Assembly (NCBI GenBank): GCA_964490705.1
Contig: CAZBCG010000011.1
Location: 8,834-72,833, forward strand
Length of the DNA stretch: 64,000 nt
From: an uncultured Balneolaceae bacterium
Lineage (GTDB): Bacteria > Bacteroidota > Rhodothermia > Balneolales > Balneolaceae
Reading direction: 5' to 3'
A program made the position numbers and the translations under genes. The stretch's first letter is position 1; every line of letters begins with the position of its first letter. Positions 46,844-56,496 of the stretch are shown here, in pieces. Under the pieces are notes generated by a model. It saw only the letters and a program-made list of their open reading frames with translations, was not told where the DNA came from and made no database searches.

Positions 46844-47875
46844 ATGCACCATCGATACGTTTGGATTATGATAATATTGGCTGGAATTTTGTTCGGTCAC
46901 AGCCAGAATTCGGACGCTCATCCGCGTGCCGATTCATTATCTCTTCAGCAAATTGAACGCAAAGCTTCGTCCATCAACTCAGTGACGAGTTTGCTTATTC
47001 AGCAGAATGGTAAGCTGCTTACCGAACGCTACTTCAATGGGATGGAAGCTAGCGAAACCACGAATATCAAGTCGGCCTCAAAAAGTATTATTTCGTTGCT
47101 GGTGGGGATTGCCGTTGATCAAGGTCATATCAAAAGTGTGGAGCAATCCATCCGTCCATATTTTGAGGATTATTTTCGGGCGAATCCGGATTCTATCAAA
47201 GAACAGATTACGATCAAAGATCTGCTTACGATGCGGTCGGGGTTGGAAACGACCAGCTTTCATAACTATGGGCGTTGGGTAGTCAGTGATAACTGGGTTC
47301 GGTTTGCGCTGGATCAACCGATGGAGGCACGTCCCGGCGGTGACATGGTATATAGCACCGGCACATCGCATCTGCTGTCGGTCATCCTCACAAAATCCAC
47401 CGGCATGAGCACCAAAGTATTTGCCAAGCAGCACCTATTTGATCCCATGGATATCAGGGTCGGCGGCTGGGATCGCGATCCGCAGGGATATTATATGGGC
47501 GGCAATAATATGGCACTGCGTCCCGCAGATATGCTGAAAATTGGGCAGATGGTGCTCAATGGTGGAACGTACAATGGTGACCGCATTATTTCTGAGCACT
47601 GGTTGCAGCACTCTTTACAGACCTATACCCGCAGCAATTACAATCCCTATAACTTTGGATATATGTGGTGGAAGAAACCGGTAGCGGGCTATCAGGTTCA
47701 CTTTGCCTGGGGATATGGCGGGCAGTATATTTTTATGATTCCCAATCTTAATGCGGTTGTAGTTGTGACCGGTGCTCTGCAAAATGCCACCCAGTCCCGT
47801 TCCTACAAAGAGCCTGTTTTTACCCTGCTTGGTGAAACGGTTATCCCTTTCCTGAAAACCACATTGCAGGAGTAA
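46844..47875 (+). CDS. Serine hydrolase, beta-lactamase class C-like family
   Basis: SxxK 'SASK', 'LLTMRSG', 'PG..MVYST', 'GYMWW', 'AWGYGGQ'; start placed at MHHRY. Confidence 0.92.
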   Translation: MHHRYVWIMIILAGILFGHSQNSDAHPRADSLSLQQIERKASSINSVTSLLIQQNGKLLTERYFNGMEASETTNIKSASKSIISLLVGIAVDQGHIKSVEQSIRPYFEDYFRANPDSIKEQITIKDLLTMRSGLETTSFHNYGRWVVSDNWVRFALDQPMEARPGGDMVYSTGTSHLLSVILTKSTGMSTKVFAKQHLFDPMDIRVGGWDRDPQGYYMGGNNMALRPADMLKIGQMVLNGGTYNGDRIISEHWLQHSLQTYTRSNYNPYNFGYMWWKKPVAGYQVHFAWGYGGQYIFMIPNLNAVVVVTGALQNATQSRSYKEPVFTLLGETVIPFLKTTLQE

Positions 47876-47983
47876 GATTAAATTCTTTTAATATGGTAAC
47901 AATATTGTAACATAAGGTGGTTGCAATCTTCTTGATTACTACATCATAAAGCACAAAAAATGTGCGATTTGTAAAGGGTTCTG

Positions 47984-50431
47984 ATGCTTAAAAACTATCT
48001 CAAAGTTGCCTTCCGCAGCTTAAAAAAACGTCCGAGTTTTACCGTTATAAATATTCTTGGGTTGGCCATTGGTATTGCCTGTTGTCTGCTCATTGCCATC
48101 TATGTACTCAATGAGCTCAGCTACGACCAGTTTCACAACAAGGCCGATCGCATTTACCGGGTGACCCAAAAAACGGTAACCTCTGCTAAAGAAGAAGTTG
48201 GTGCCTCCACGCCTTTCCCGGTTGGGCCTACACTTAAAAACGACTATCCCGGACAGATTGCCCAAACCGTTCGCTTTTTTGATATGCAGGAAGAGGTGCG
48301 TACGATCATCAACACCAAGACTGACGAGCCCTTCCGGGTGGATCATTTTTATGTGACGGACTCCACATTTTTCGATGTGTTTAACGCCGAGTTGATTCAG
48401 GGTAACCCTGATGAAGTGCTCGACAATCCCATGTCAGCTGTAATAACCCAAGAGCAAGCCCGCCGCTTTTTTGGGGATGAAAATCCTGTTGGCAAATCGC
48501 TGACATTTAAAGGCACGGCCGATTTTACCGTCACCGGAGTAATGAAAGAGCTGCCGCCCAACTCTCACATGAAAATTGATATGCTGGTGTCGTTTAACAG
48601 CCTCAAAGAGCTATACGGCAGCGGGGAATTTATGGAGCGCTGGTTTTGGAATCCCTGCTGGACCTACGTGCTGCTCGAAGAGGATGCGTCAGCCGCCGAC
48701 CTAAAGCGTGAACTTCCTAATTTTGTGGATAAAAACTATACCAATCGCGAAGAGGGGGAAACCGTTTCGCTTGATCTACAACCGCTGACCGATATTCACT
48801 TGCACTCGAATCTGGATCAGGAGATGGAGCCCAACGGCTCAATTTTTTACGTCTATCTGTTTTCGGCCGTAGCCGTACTGATTTTGCTCATTGCCTGTAT
48901 CAACTTTACCAATCTGAGTACTGCCCGTTCAACCGAGCGTGCCCGCGAAGTGGGCATGCGCAAAGTGCTGGGCGCCGATCGGCGCCAGCTGTTTTCGCAG
49001 TTTATGGGCGAATCTTTTTTGATGACATTTCTCAGCTTTGCGCTCGCACTGGGATTGGTATATGCCGCTCTGCCCTGGTTCAGCAGTTTTGTCGGCAAAC
49101 AGTTAAGCTTCAGCTTTTTGGGCACCGGCTCGATGATTCTTGCATTGCTCGGCCTATTTCTATTTGTAGTGTTGCTTTCGGGCATGTATCCCGCACTTTA
49201 CCTATCGGGATTTAATCCCATAACCATCATGCGCGGTGCCGATGCAAAGAACGGCGGGGGAACGTTATTTCGAAAGGGTCTGGTGGTGTTTCAATTCACA
49301 CTTTCAGTAATATTGATTATCGGTACCGTGGTGGTCTATCTGCAACTGCAGCATATGCAGAATAAAGAGCTCGGGTTTGATGAAGATCAGGTTATCGTCA
49401 TGCCGATTACTCAAACGCTTATTGCGTGGGAATTTCAGCAGTTTAAAGAAAAGGCGCTTGCGAATTCCAATGTTCGTAATGTGGCGGGTAGCAGCAAACT
49501 ATTGGCTTCGGATGCTCAGTTTTTCTCAAAATATTCGCCCGCTAACCAGCCCGGTGCACCGCCCACAAATATGTCGCTTGATGTTACATATGACTTTTTG
49601 GACACCTATAATATTGACCTGTTGGCCGGCCGTACTTTTTCGCGAGAGCGATCAACCGATTCTGAGCAGGCCATTATCATTAACGAGTCGATGCTCAAGC
49701 AGATTGATGCCGACACCCCCCGCGATGCACTGGGTAAGGTTTTCCACTATACCACAGCTGATGACGAACAGGAGTCGTATAATGTGATTGGCGTGGTTGA
49801 GGATTTCAATTATACCTCCATCAAAAAAGAGATTTCTCCGCTGGTGATTAAAGTGATTGAGGGCGTGCGTCCCACCGTTCGTAACATCGAGTTTGCCTCT
49901 GTACGCTTGTCTAAAAATGGTGTTGAAGATGGACTGGCCCATATTCAAAAAGTCTGGAAAGAGGTGAATCGAATCGATCCCTTTACGTACTTTTTTCACG
50001 ACGAAGAGTTGGCAGAAATTTATGCTTCAGAGCGGAAAATGAGTAATGTGGCAGCTTTGTTTTCTATATTATGTGTGTTTGTAGCCTGTTTGGGATTGTT
50101 TGGGTTAGCCTCTTTTACCGCATCACTTCGCACCAAAGAGATCGGTATCCGCAAAGCGCTTGGGGCTACCATTCCAGGTATTGTTAGATTGCTCTCGAAA
50201 GACTATATCAAATTGGTGGTGCTGGCGAACATTATTGCGTGGCCCATCAGCTACTATCTGGTGGTACAGTGGCTGCAGGATTTTCCCTCCCGCATTGCAA
50301 TGGGATGGAATCTGGTGGCCGTTTTTCTTGGTGTAGGTGTAATCAGCCTGCTGATCTGCATGGCCACCGTTAGTTATCAGTCGGTTCGTGCAGCACTGAT
50401 CAATCCAGTGGATAGTATTCGTCAAGAGTAG
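47984..50431 (+). CDS. ABC transporter permease (MacB/FtsX-like, duplicated), paralog 3
   Basis: Same motif set; ends 'NPVDSIRQE'. Confidence 0.95.
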   Translation: MLKNYLKVAFRSLKKRPSFTVINILGLAIGIACCLLIAIYVLNELSYDQFHNKADRIYRVTQKTVTSAKEEVGASTPFPVGPTLKNDYPGQIAQTVRFFDMQEEVRTIINTKTDEPFRVDHFYVTDSTFFDVFNAELIQGNPDEVLDNPMSAVITQEQARRFFGDENPVGKSLTFKGTADFTVTGVMKELPPNSHMKIDMLVSFNSLKELYGSGEFMERWFWNPCWTYVLLEEDASAADLKRELPNFVDKNYTNREEGETVSLDLQPLTDIHLHSNLDQEMEPNGSIFYVYLFSAVAVLILLIACINFTNLSTARSTERAREVGMRKVLGADRRQLFSQFMGESFLMTFLSFALALGLVYAALPWFSSFVGKQLSFSFLGTGSMILALLGLFLFVVLLSGMYPALYLSGFNPITIMRGADAKNGGGTLFRKGLVVFQFTLSVILIIGTVVVYLQLQHMQNKELGFDEDQVIVMPITQTLIAWEFQQFKEKALANSNVRNVAGSSKLLASDAQFFSKYSPANQPGAPPTNMSLDVTYDFLDTYNIDLLAGRTFSRERSTDSEQAIIINESMLKQIDADTPRDALGKVFHYTTADDEQESYNVIGVVEDFNYTSIKKEISPLVIKVIEGVRPTVRNIEFASVRLSKNGVEDGLAHIQKVWKEVNRIDPFTYFFHDEELAEIYASERKMSNVAALFSILCVFVACLGLFGLASFTASLRTKEIGIRKALGATIPGIVRLLSKDYIKLVVLANIIAWPISYYLVVQWLQDFPSRIAMGWNLVAVFLGVGVISLLICMATVSYQSVRAALINPVDSIRQE

Positions 50432-50444
50432 GGGTTGTTTTCTT

Positions 50445-50459
50445 ACACCCGCAGGTTTT
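50445..50459. repeat. Degenerate single REP-like copy
   Basis: ACACCCGCAGGTTTT, 13/15 to AAACCCGCAGGGTTT, just after a stop codon. Confidence 0.5.
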
Positions 50460-50542
50460 GATCAAAAATGATGCCTGAAATAATCATCAAAAAATGGTAT
50501 CTAAAATAGTTGTCGAATCCTCTTAATTAAGATACTACTGCG

Positions 50543-52393
50543 ATGAAAAAGTTGTGTTACCTGTTCCTGATTGGAATGTTCTTAGTGGGATGTGAACCCA
50601 AATCCGAACATCAGCCTTCCATTCATTATGATGTACAATTTCCCAATGCAGTTCACAATGAAGCGGATATCACATTGACGGTAACGGACTTGCTGCCCGG
50701 ACCGATGACCATTTCGATGAGCCGAACATCTCCCGGACGGTATGCGCTCCATGAATTTGCTAAAAATGTATATGACGTTACGGCTGTGGATGGCAACGGC
50801 GACACGCTCGAAATTGATCGCCCTGATCTTCATAACTGGACGGTGAGTGGGCACGATGGCACCATCAAATTTAACTATACCCTCTACGGCCGGCACGCTG
50901 ATGGTACCTACACCGGCATCAATGAGGAGCATGCGCATCTGAACATGCCGGTGACGTTTGCTTGGGTATCGAGCTTGCCGAGTGCCCCGGTTACGGTGCA
51001 GTTTCATCCACCCGAAGACAGCAACTGGAAAGTGGCGACCCAGCTGGAGAAAATGGACGAGCAGTTCACATTCAGGGCACCGGATACGTATTACTTCCTG
51101 GACAGTCCCACTGAGCTCAGCAATTTTGATATGACATCCTGGGAGGCTCCGGCCGACACCACCGGGAAAACGATTCAGCTGGCCGTGCATCATAACGGAA
51201 GCGAAGACGATGTAAATCGCTATGCCGATATGGCCCAGAAAGTAGTGGCCGAGCAGGTAGCGATCTATGGTTCGCCTGCAGATTTCGATTATGGCCGATA
51301 TACCTTTATTGCTGATTATCTGCCCTACGTCTATGGGGATGGCATGGAGCATCGCAACTCCACTATTTTAACCAGCACTACGCCGCTCGAAGGCGACGGC
51401 GCAATGCAAAATATCTATACCTTGTCGCACGAGTTTTTTCACAGCTGGAATGTAGAACGCCTGCGTCCCGAGTCGCTTGAGCCGTTCAATTTTATGGAGG
51501 CGAATGTGTCCGGCGCGCTGTGGTTTGCCGAGGGATTTACCAGCTATTACGACGATCTGACGATACGCCGTGCAGGATTAATATCCAACGAGACCTATGC
51601 CGCGGACTGGGCCGGGACGCTCAATTATGTGCTCAACTCGGCCGGCAATCAGTATTACAGTCCCATCGAGATGAGCAAGCAGGCCCCTTTTGTAGATGCG
51701 GCTACCTCGGTGGATGAGCAAAATAAATCGAATACCTTTATTTCATATTATTCCTGGGGTGCTGTAATAGGACTCGGGCTCGACTTAACGCTGCGCACGA
51801 CCTTCGATGATATTTCCCTGGATGATTATATGCGGGCGGTTTGGCAACAGTACGGCGTCCCCGAAGAACCTTATACCATTGATAACCTTGAACAAACCCT
51901 GGCCGAGGTCACCGACAGCACGGAATTTGCGCAAAATTTCTTTGACAACTATATCCGCAGCGGTAATCAAGTGGATCTGAAACCATTGTTGGCCAAAGCC
52001 GGATTTGTATTGCAGCAGGCCCATCCCGAGCAGGCGGTGATCAGTTTTGGTGGATCAAAAATAGATTACCAAGATGGTACTGCCACTATTTCCAGCAACA
52101 CGCAAATAGACAGCCCGTTGTATAATGCCGGCTTGGATGTCGGAGATGAAATTCAATCCATCGATGGACAATCGATTAACAATGCGCGTGATATGCAGCG
52201 GTTGTTGGCAGCGCATCAGCCCGGTGATGAGTTGTCGGTCACATACAGTTCGCTTGGTGATTCGTATGAGACGATGATTACGCTGGCAGCCAATCCCGAG
52301 CTGGAGGTCCGGACCTTTGAGCAAGTCGGCAAGTCGGTGACGGATGAGATTGCCCGGTTTCGACAAAACTGGTTGGGCAGCAAGGCAATGTGA
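50543..52393 (+). CDS. M61 family metallopeptidase with PDZ domain, lipoprotein
   Basis: Lipobox LVG-C, 'GMEHRNST', 'HEFFHSWN', 'LWFAEGFTSYY', PDZ 'AGLDVGDEIQSIDG'. Confidence 0.94.
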   Translation: MKKLCYLFLIGMFLVGCEPKSEHQPSIHYDVQFPNAVHNEADITLTVTDLLPGPMTISMSRTSPGRYALHEFAKNVYDVTAVDGNGDTLEIDRPDLHNWTVSGHDGTIKFNYTLYGRHADGTYTGINEEHAHLNMPVTFAWVSSLPSAPVTVQFHPPEDSNWKVATQLEKMDEQFTFRAPDTYYFLDSPTELSNFDMTSWEAPADTTGKTIQLAVHHNGSEDDVNRYADMAQKVVAEQVAIYGSPADFDYGRYTFIADYLPYVYGDGMEHRNSTILTSTTPLEGDGAMQNIYTLSHEFFHSWNVERLRPESLEPFNFMEANVSGALWFAEGFTSYYDDLTIRRAGLISNETYAADWAGTLNYVLNSAGNQYYSPIEMSKQAPFVDAATSVDEQNKSNTFISYYSWGAVIGLGLDLTLRTTFDDISLDDYMRAVWQQYGVPEEPYTIDNLEQTLAEVTDSTEFAQNFFDNYIRSGNQVDLKPLLAKAGFVLQQAHPEQAVISFGGSKIDYQDGTATISSNTQIDSPLYNAGLDVGDEIQSIDGQSINNARDMQRLLAAHQPGDELSVTYSSLGDSYETMITLAANPELEVRTFEQVGKSVTDEIARFRQNWLGSKAM

Positions 52394-52468
52394 TCCAGCA
52401 TAGGAGGAAAACTTGAACGATTAGCTCTTTTTGCCGATTCTTATTAGAAAGTAACTTATGATCGGAGC

Positions 52469-53332
52469 ATGCCTATTCGAAAATATCATATCGGCTGTAC
52501 AGGATGGAGCCTGAAAGAGTGGGTCGGCAATTTCTTTACCGATGATGCAAAGCAGAGCGATTTTCTGAAGCAGTATGCATCGGTCTTTAATGCGGTTGAA
52601 GGCAATACCACCTTTTATAACATCCCCTCTAAAAGTACGCTTGAGAAATGGGGACGGGCTACGCCCGATGGATTCAAATTCTGTTTTAAATTCCACCGCT
52701 CCATCACCCACAAAAAGCGGTTGGAAAATGTGGAAGATGACATTCTGCGTTTTTTGGAGACGTTTGATCCTATTGCCGAACGGTTGGGGCCGTTTATGAT
52801 TCAGCTGCCGCCACAGTTTTCGCCCGAGAGCTTTTCACGTTTAGAAACGATGATAGAAATATTGCCCAGCTCATATAGATATGCCGTTGAGGTGCGCCAT
52901 TCCGATTTTTACCAGGGGCGAGCCCAGCAGCGATTCAACCGCTTGTTGAGTAGTTACAATATTGATCGCATCATTTTTGATACGCGCAAGCTGCATTCCA
53001 TGAAATCCGATGATCCAACGGTAAGAGAAGCGCAACAGAAAAAGCCCAATTCGCCGGTGCGATTTAATAATACGGGTTCGCGTCCCATGGTGCGTTTTGT
53101 GGGATCCAACGATCCTGTGGGTAACGAATCGTATCTCAAAGAGTGGGCCATTGTTATTGCCGACTGGATAAAAGAAGGACTGCATCCGTACTTTTTTCCG
53201 CATTCGCCTGATAGGGTGAGTCAACCGGCCCATGCCCGTAAATTTCATCAGTTTTTATCGAGCATGATCGATATGGATCCCATGCCGGCCTGGCCCAAAG
53301 AGCGCCAAAACGAGCAGATGGACTTGTTTTAA
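52469..53332 (+). CDS. DUF72 (YecE-like) protein
   Basis: 'IGCTGW', 'AVEGNTTFY', 'FCFKF..ITH', 'QLPP.F', 'AVEVRH'. Confidence 0.93.
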   Translation: MPIRKYHIGCTGWSLKEWVGNFFTDDAKQSDFLKQYASVFNAVEGNTTFYNIPSKSTLEKWGRATPDGFKFCFKFHRSITHKKRLENVEDDILRFLETFDPIAERLGPFMIQLPPQFSPESFSRLETMIEILPSSYRYAVEVRHSDFYQGRAQQRFNRLLSSYNIDRIIFDTRKLHSMKSDDPTVREAQQKKPNSPVRFNNTGSRPMVRFVGSNDPVGNESYLKEWAIVIADWIKEGLHPYFFPHSPDRVSQPAHARKFHQFLSSMIDMDPMPAWPKERQNEQMDLF

Positions 53333-53358
53333 GTTGTGGGAGTGGAAAGCAACTTTTG

Positions 53359-53426
53359 AAACCCGCAGGGTTTGGCGTAATTCATTTTGAAAGCAAATAG
53401 TGTATGCTGTTAAACCCTGCGGATTT
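53359..53426. repeat. REP-like inverted doublet
   Basis: AAACCCGCAGGGTTT (53359-73) and AAACCCTGCGGATTT (53412-26). Confidence 0.8.
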
Positions 53427-53630
53427 AGAATCTATTTTTACTGGTTGTGAGAGTTTTGGCAATTGTCGGGCGGCTGGTTTTCTCGTCCGGCGAATTTGTA
53501 TTTCAAAGACTTGCCAAGTCTCTATATGTAGTTGATAAATGTTTGTAATCTATCTTGTGACGATGTTCCGCGTCGCCGCGTACAATACTTTGGGTTGCAA
53601 CAAAGAGCACTGTAGCCAAAGATATTTGTG

Positions 53631-53954
53631 TTAGTTTTTCTCCTCTTTGGGATCAACGAGATTTTTATCATTAATGAAATAGATCTCACATTCCTCTTCT
53701 ATTTTATAGGGAATGCGTCGTCCTTTGCACTGGAATAACGCCTGTTCTTTGGCTCTTTCAATAGAATCGTACCCATATCCATATCCCCAAACAGCTCGTC
53801 CATTCTTCCCTTTGGCAAATGCAAAAGCTTTATTCAGTTCTAGCTGGCTGTATTTTTCATATGCTTTGGGATATTGTTCTTGAAAAGACATTGCGCAACC
53901 CTGTACTCCCCAGAAGATGATTCCAAAAATTGTAACTTGTATGATAGTTTTCAT
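53631..53954 (-). CDS. Small hypothetical lipoprotein, AT-rich
   Basis: Lipobox VQG-C; 'AFAFA..WGYGY..AKEQALFQC..C' pattern. Confidence 0.75.
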   Translation of the reverse strand: MKTIIQVTIFGIIFWGVQGCAMSFQEQYPKAYEKYSQLELNKAFAFAKGKNGRAVWGYGYGYDSIERAKEQALFQCKGRRIPYKIEEECEIYFINDKNLVDPKEEKN

Positions 53955-54143
53955 GATGAGCAGATGATTTTGAAAACAAATATTATAGTTCTTAGCTGTT
54001 TTGAATGCAAAACATTTTCATATCTAAATAAGAGTAATATGTAGCATGCATTTGATTGATCTGTGTTCTATTCCAAAAGTGAAAAATCATTCGAATTTCC
54101 TTATCTTTACAGGCTTTTGAATTCCCAACGTTGATAACTCTCC

Positions 54144-55760
54144 ATGTCCCAACAGGATACTGTTACTAAATCTCAAAATAAGATCGAAGAAGAGGCCAAG
54201 CGGCGCAGGACCTTTGCAATTATTTCGCATCCCGATGCCGGAAAAACGACCCTCACCGAAAAGCTGCTTTTGTATGGAGGCGCAATTCACGAGGCCGGTT
54301 CCATTCGTCAGCGTAAGGCCAATCGGTATGCGGCCTCCGACTGGATGGCTATCGAGAAAGAGCGCGGAATTTCGGTGACCTCATCTGTGCTCCGGTTTGA
54401 GAAAGACAACATCAAGTTTAACCTGTTGGATACGCCCGGCCACAAAGATTTTTCTGAGGATACACTCCGAACACTCGTTGCCGCCGATACGGCCCTGATG
54501 GTGATCGACGTTGCCAAAGGCGTTGAGGAACAGACCGAGAAGCTTTTCGAAGTTTGCAAAATGCGTGAAATTCCTATTATCACTTTTGTAAACAAGTGCG
54601 ACCGTCCGGGTTTGGAGCCGTTGGAAATCATTAGCAACATCGAAAATCAGCTGGGAATTGAAGCCATTCCCGCATCGTGGCCGCTGGGGTATGGAAAGGA
54701 TTTCCAGGGCATTTACGATCTGATCGGCAAGAAACTGCATCTGCAGAAAAAGGAAGAGCACGGGGCCAAGAAAGCCGAAACCGAGCTCTACGATCTGGAA
54801 GAAGGTATTGAGCAAGCACGTTTGTCGGATTTTGATAAAGAGAAGTTTCGCGAAGAAGTGCTGCTGACCGAAGATATGATGGAGATGATGGACGAAGAGG
54901 CCTTTCTGGATGGAAAGGCTACGCCCGTATTTTTCGGATCGGCGCTCAACAACTTCGGGCTCGATGTATTTCTGGATTACTTTTCAGAGTTGGCGAATCC
55001 TCCGCAGCGTTACCATGATGAAAACGATAACCCGCGGGATCTCGATAAGGGATTTTCGGGCTTCGTCTTTAAGATGCAGGCAAATATGAATCCCGATCAC
55101 CGTGACTGTGCAGCGTTTATTCGTATTACATCGGGTAAGTTCGAGCGCGGCATTGAAGTGACTGAAAGTAATACGGGCAAAAAGGTGAAGATGTCCACTC
55201 CTCACACGCTGATGGGGGATGAGCGAAATATCCTCGAGGAAGCCTATCCCGGGGATGTGGTTTCGCTGTTTAATCCCGGCTCGTTTCGCATCGGGACGAC
55301 GATTTATAGTGAGGATCCCGTCAAATTTGATGTGATTCCGCTTTTTACGCCCGAGCACTTTATGAAAGTAGCGACCAAAGATCCCTTTAAGCGAAAACAG
55401 TTGCGTGAAGGACTCAAGCAGCTGGCCGAAGAAGGGGTGGTTCATGTATTTGAGGTGCCAGGCGGTGTGGGGAATGAACTGCTGCTGGGAACCGTCGGGG
55501 CGTTGCAGTTTGATGTAGTGGAGCATCGGATGAAAACCGAATATAATACCGAGTTGCATATGAATTCGGTGTCCTACCATGCGGCGCGCTGGCTCGGCGA
55601 TGATCAGGAGGTGACTGAGAAGCTGGAAAGCAGCTATTCAACGCATGTGACCAAAGATATGGAAGGTAATCCCATTGTGTTGTTTGACAGTGGTTATGCC
55701 CTCAATCAGGCTGAAGAGAAGGTGGGTGCCGAAAACCTCTTCAAATTCAAGCAAAGCTGA
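54144..55760 (+). CDS. prfC: Peptide chain release factor 3
   Basis: 'RRTFAIISHPDAGKTTLTEKLLL', 'DTPGHKDFSEDT', 'FGSALNNFG', 'QANMNPDHRD'. Confidence 0.98.
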   Translation: MSQQDTVTKSQNKIEEEAKRRRTFAIISHPDAGKTTLTEKLLLYGGAIHEAGSIRQRKANRYAASDWMAIEKERGISVTSSVLRFEKDNIKFNLLDTPGHKDFSEDTLRTLVAADTALMVIDVAKGVEEQTEKLFEVCKMREIPIITFVNKCDRPGLEPLEIISNIENQLGIEAIPASWPLGYGKDFQGIYDLIGKKLHLQKKEEHGAKKAETELYDLEEGIEQARLSDFDKEKFREEVLLTEDMMEMMDEEAFLDGKATPVFFGSALNNFGLDVFLDYFSELANPPQRYHDENDNPRDLDKGFSGFVFKMQANMNPDHRDCAAFIRITSGKFERGIEVTESNTGKKVKMSTPHTLMGDERNILEEAYPGDVVSLFNPGSFRIGTTIYSEDPVKFDVIPLFTPEHFMKVATKDPFKRKQLREGLKQLAEEGVVHVFEVPGGVGNELLLGTVGALQFDVVEHRMKTEYNTELHMNSVSYHAARWLGDDQEVTEKLESSYSTHVTKDMEGNPIVLFDSGYALNQAEEKVGAENLFKFKQS

Positions 55761-55762
55761 TT

Positions 55763-55846
55763 TTAGTAGTGAGAAATAAGTCCTGAGCATTAAGTCATGG
55801 GCAGGATAGCGATGAATTTTACTCACTACTCATGACTCAGAAGTCA
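55763..55846. repeat. Inverted pair of degenerate heptamer arrays (TGAGTAG / CTACTCA)
   Basis: Left TTAGTAG TGAGAAA TAAGTCC TGAGCAT TAAGTCA TGGGCAG; right TTACTCA CTACTCA TGACTCA GAAGTCA; fills the prfC-cupin spacer. Confidence 0.75.
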
Positions 55847-55856
55847 ATACTTTTTT

Positions 55857-56345
55857 ATGTCAGAGGTAACAACGTCCGAAATTATTGAGCAGCTGGATCT
55901 CGAAGAACATCCTGAAGGAGGGTATTTTCGTGAGACTTATCGTGCAAAAGAAGTAGTATATGGTGAGGATGAGAAAAACAGAGCAGCCGGCACGGGCATT
56001 TATTTTCTGTTGACAGAAGGTATCTGTACAAATTGGCACCGCGTGAGCTCGGATGAGCTTTGGCATTTTTATAAGGGCGAAAAACTGGTTCTTGAAGTCA
56101 TTGACAGTCAAGGGAATTTTAATAGACTGTTTTTGAATGACGAACTTTCGGATGAGGGCAAGTTTCAGCAGTTAATCCCTAAGCATTGCTGGCAGCGGGC
56201 TTACAGCACAGGAAGTTATACCTTGGTGGGATGTACGGTAAATCCCGGCTTTGAGTTCAAGGATTTCGAGATGATTGAAATAGATGAACTGACCAACAAG
56301 TTTCCCGATATCAGCGCAAAAATTAAAAGAGATCCCTTTGCTTAG
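55857..56345 (+). CDS. Cupin domain protein (DUF985-like)
   Basis: 'HPEGGYFRETY', 'IYFLL', 'WHRV.SDELWHFY.G', 'LVGCTV.PGFEF.DF'. Confidence 0.93.
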   Translation: MSEVTTSEIIEQLDLEEHPEGGYFRETYRAKEVVYGEDEKNRAAGTGIYFLLTEGICTNWHRVSSDELWHFYKGEKLVLEVIDSQGNFNRLFLNDELSDEGKFQQLIPKHCWQRAYSTGSYTLVGCTVNPGFEFKDFEMIEIDELTNKFPDISAKIKRDPFA

Positions 56346-56423
56346 CAAAATAAGCAGGCCTGATGTTTTAAGTTTTTAAAGGTGTAGGAGTGTCGGATGG
56401 CTCTGTAACTTCAGGTAAGATTC

Positions 56424-56490
56424 GTAGAAGGTTAAAAGGTAGAAAGTAGCAAGAAAAGTATCTCACTACTTTCTACTTGTATCTTTTTAC
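56424..56490. repeat. Inverted pair of degenerate heptamer arrays (GTAGAAA / TTTCTAC)
   Basis: GTAGAAAGTAG (56439-49) pairs perfectly with CTACTTTCTAC (56466-76); further degenerate units outside. Confidence 0.72.
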
Positions 56491-56496
56491 TAAGAA

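Noticed and set aside
50582..51352. 256-aa ORF antisense to the M61 peptidase
   Set aside because: Shadow ORF with no motifs
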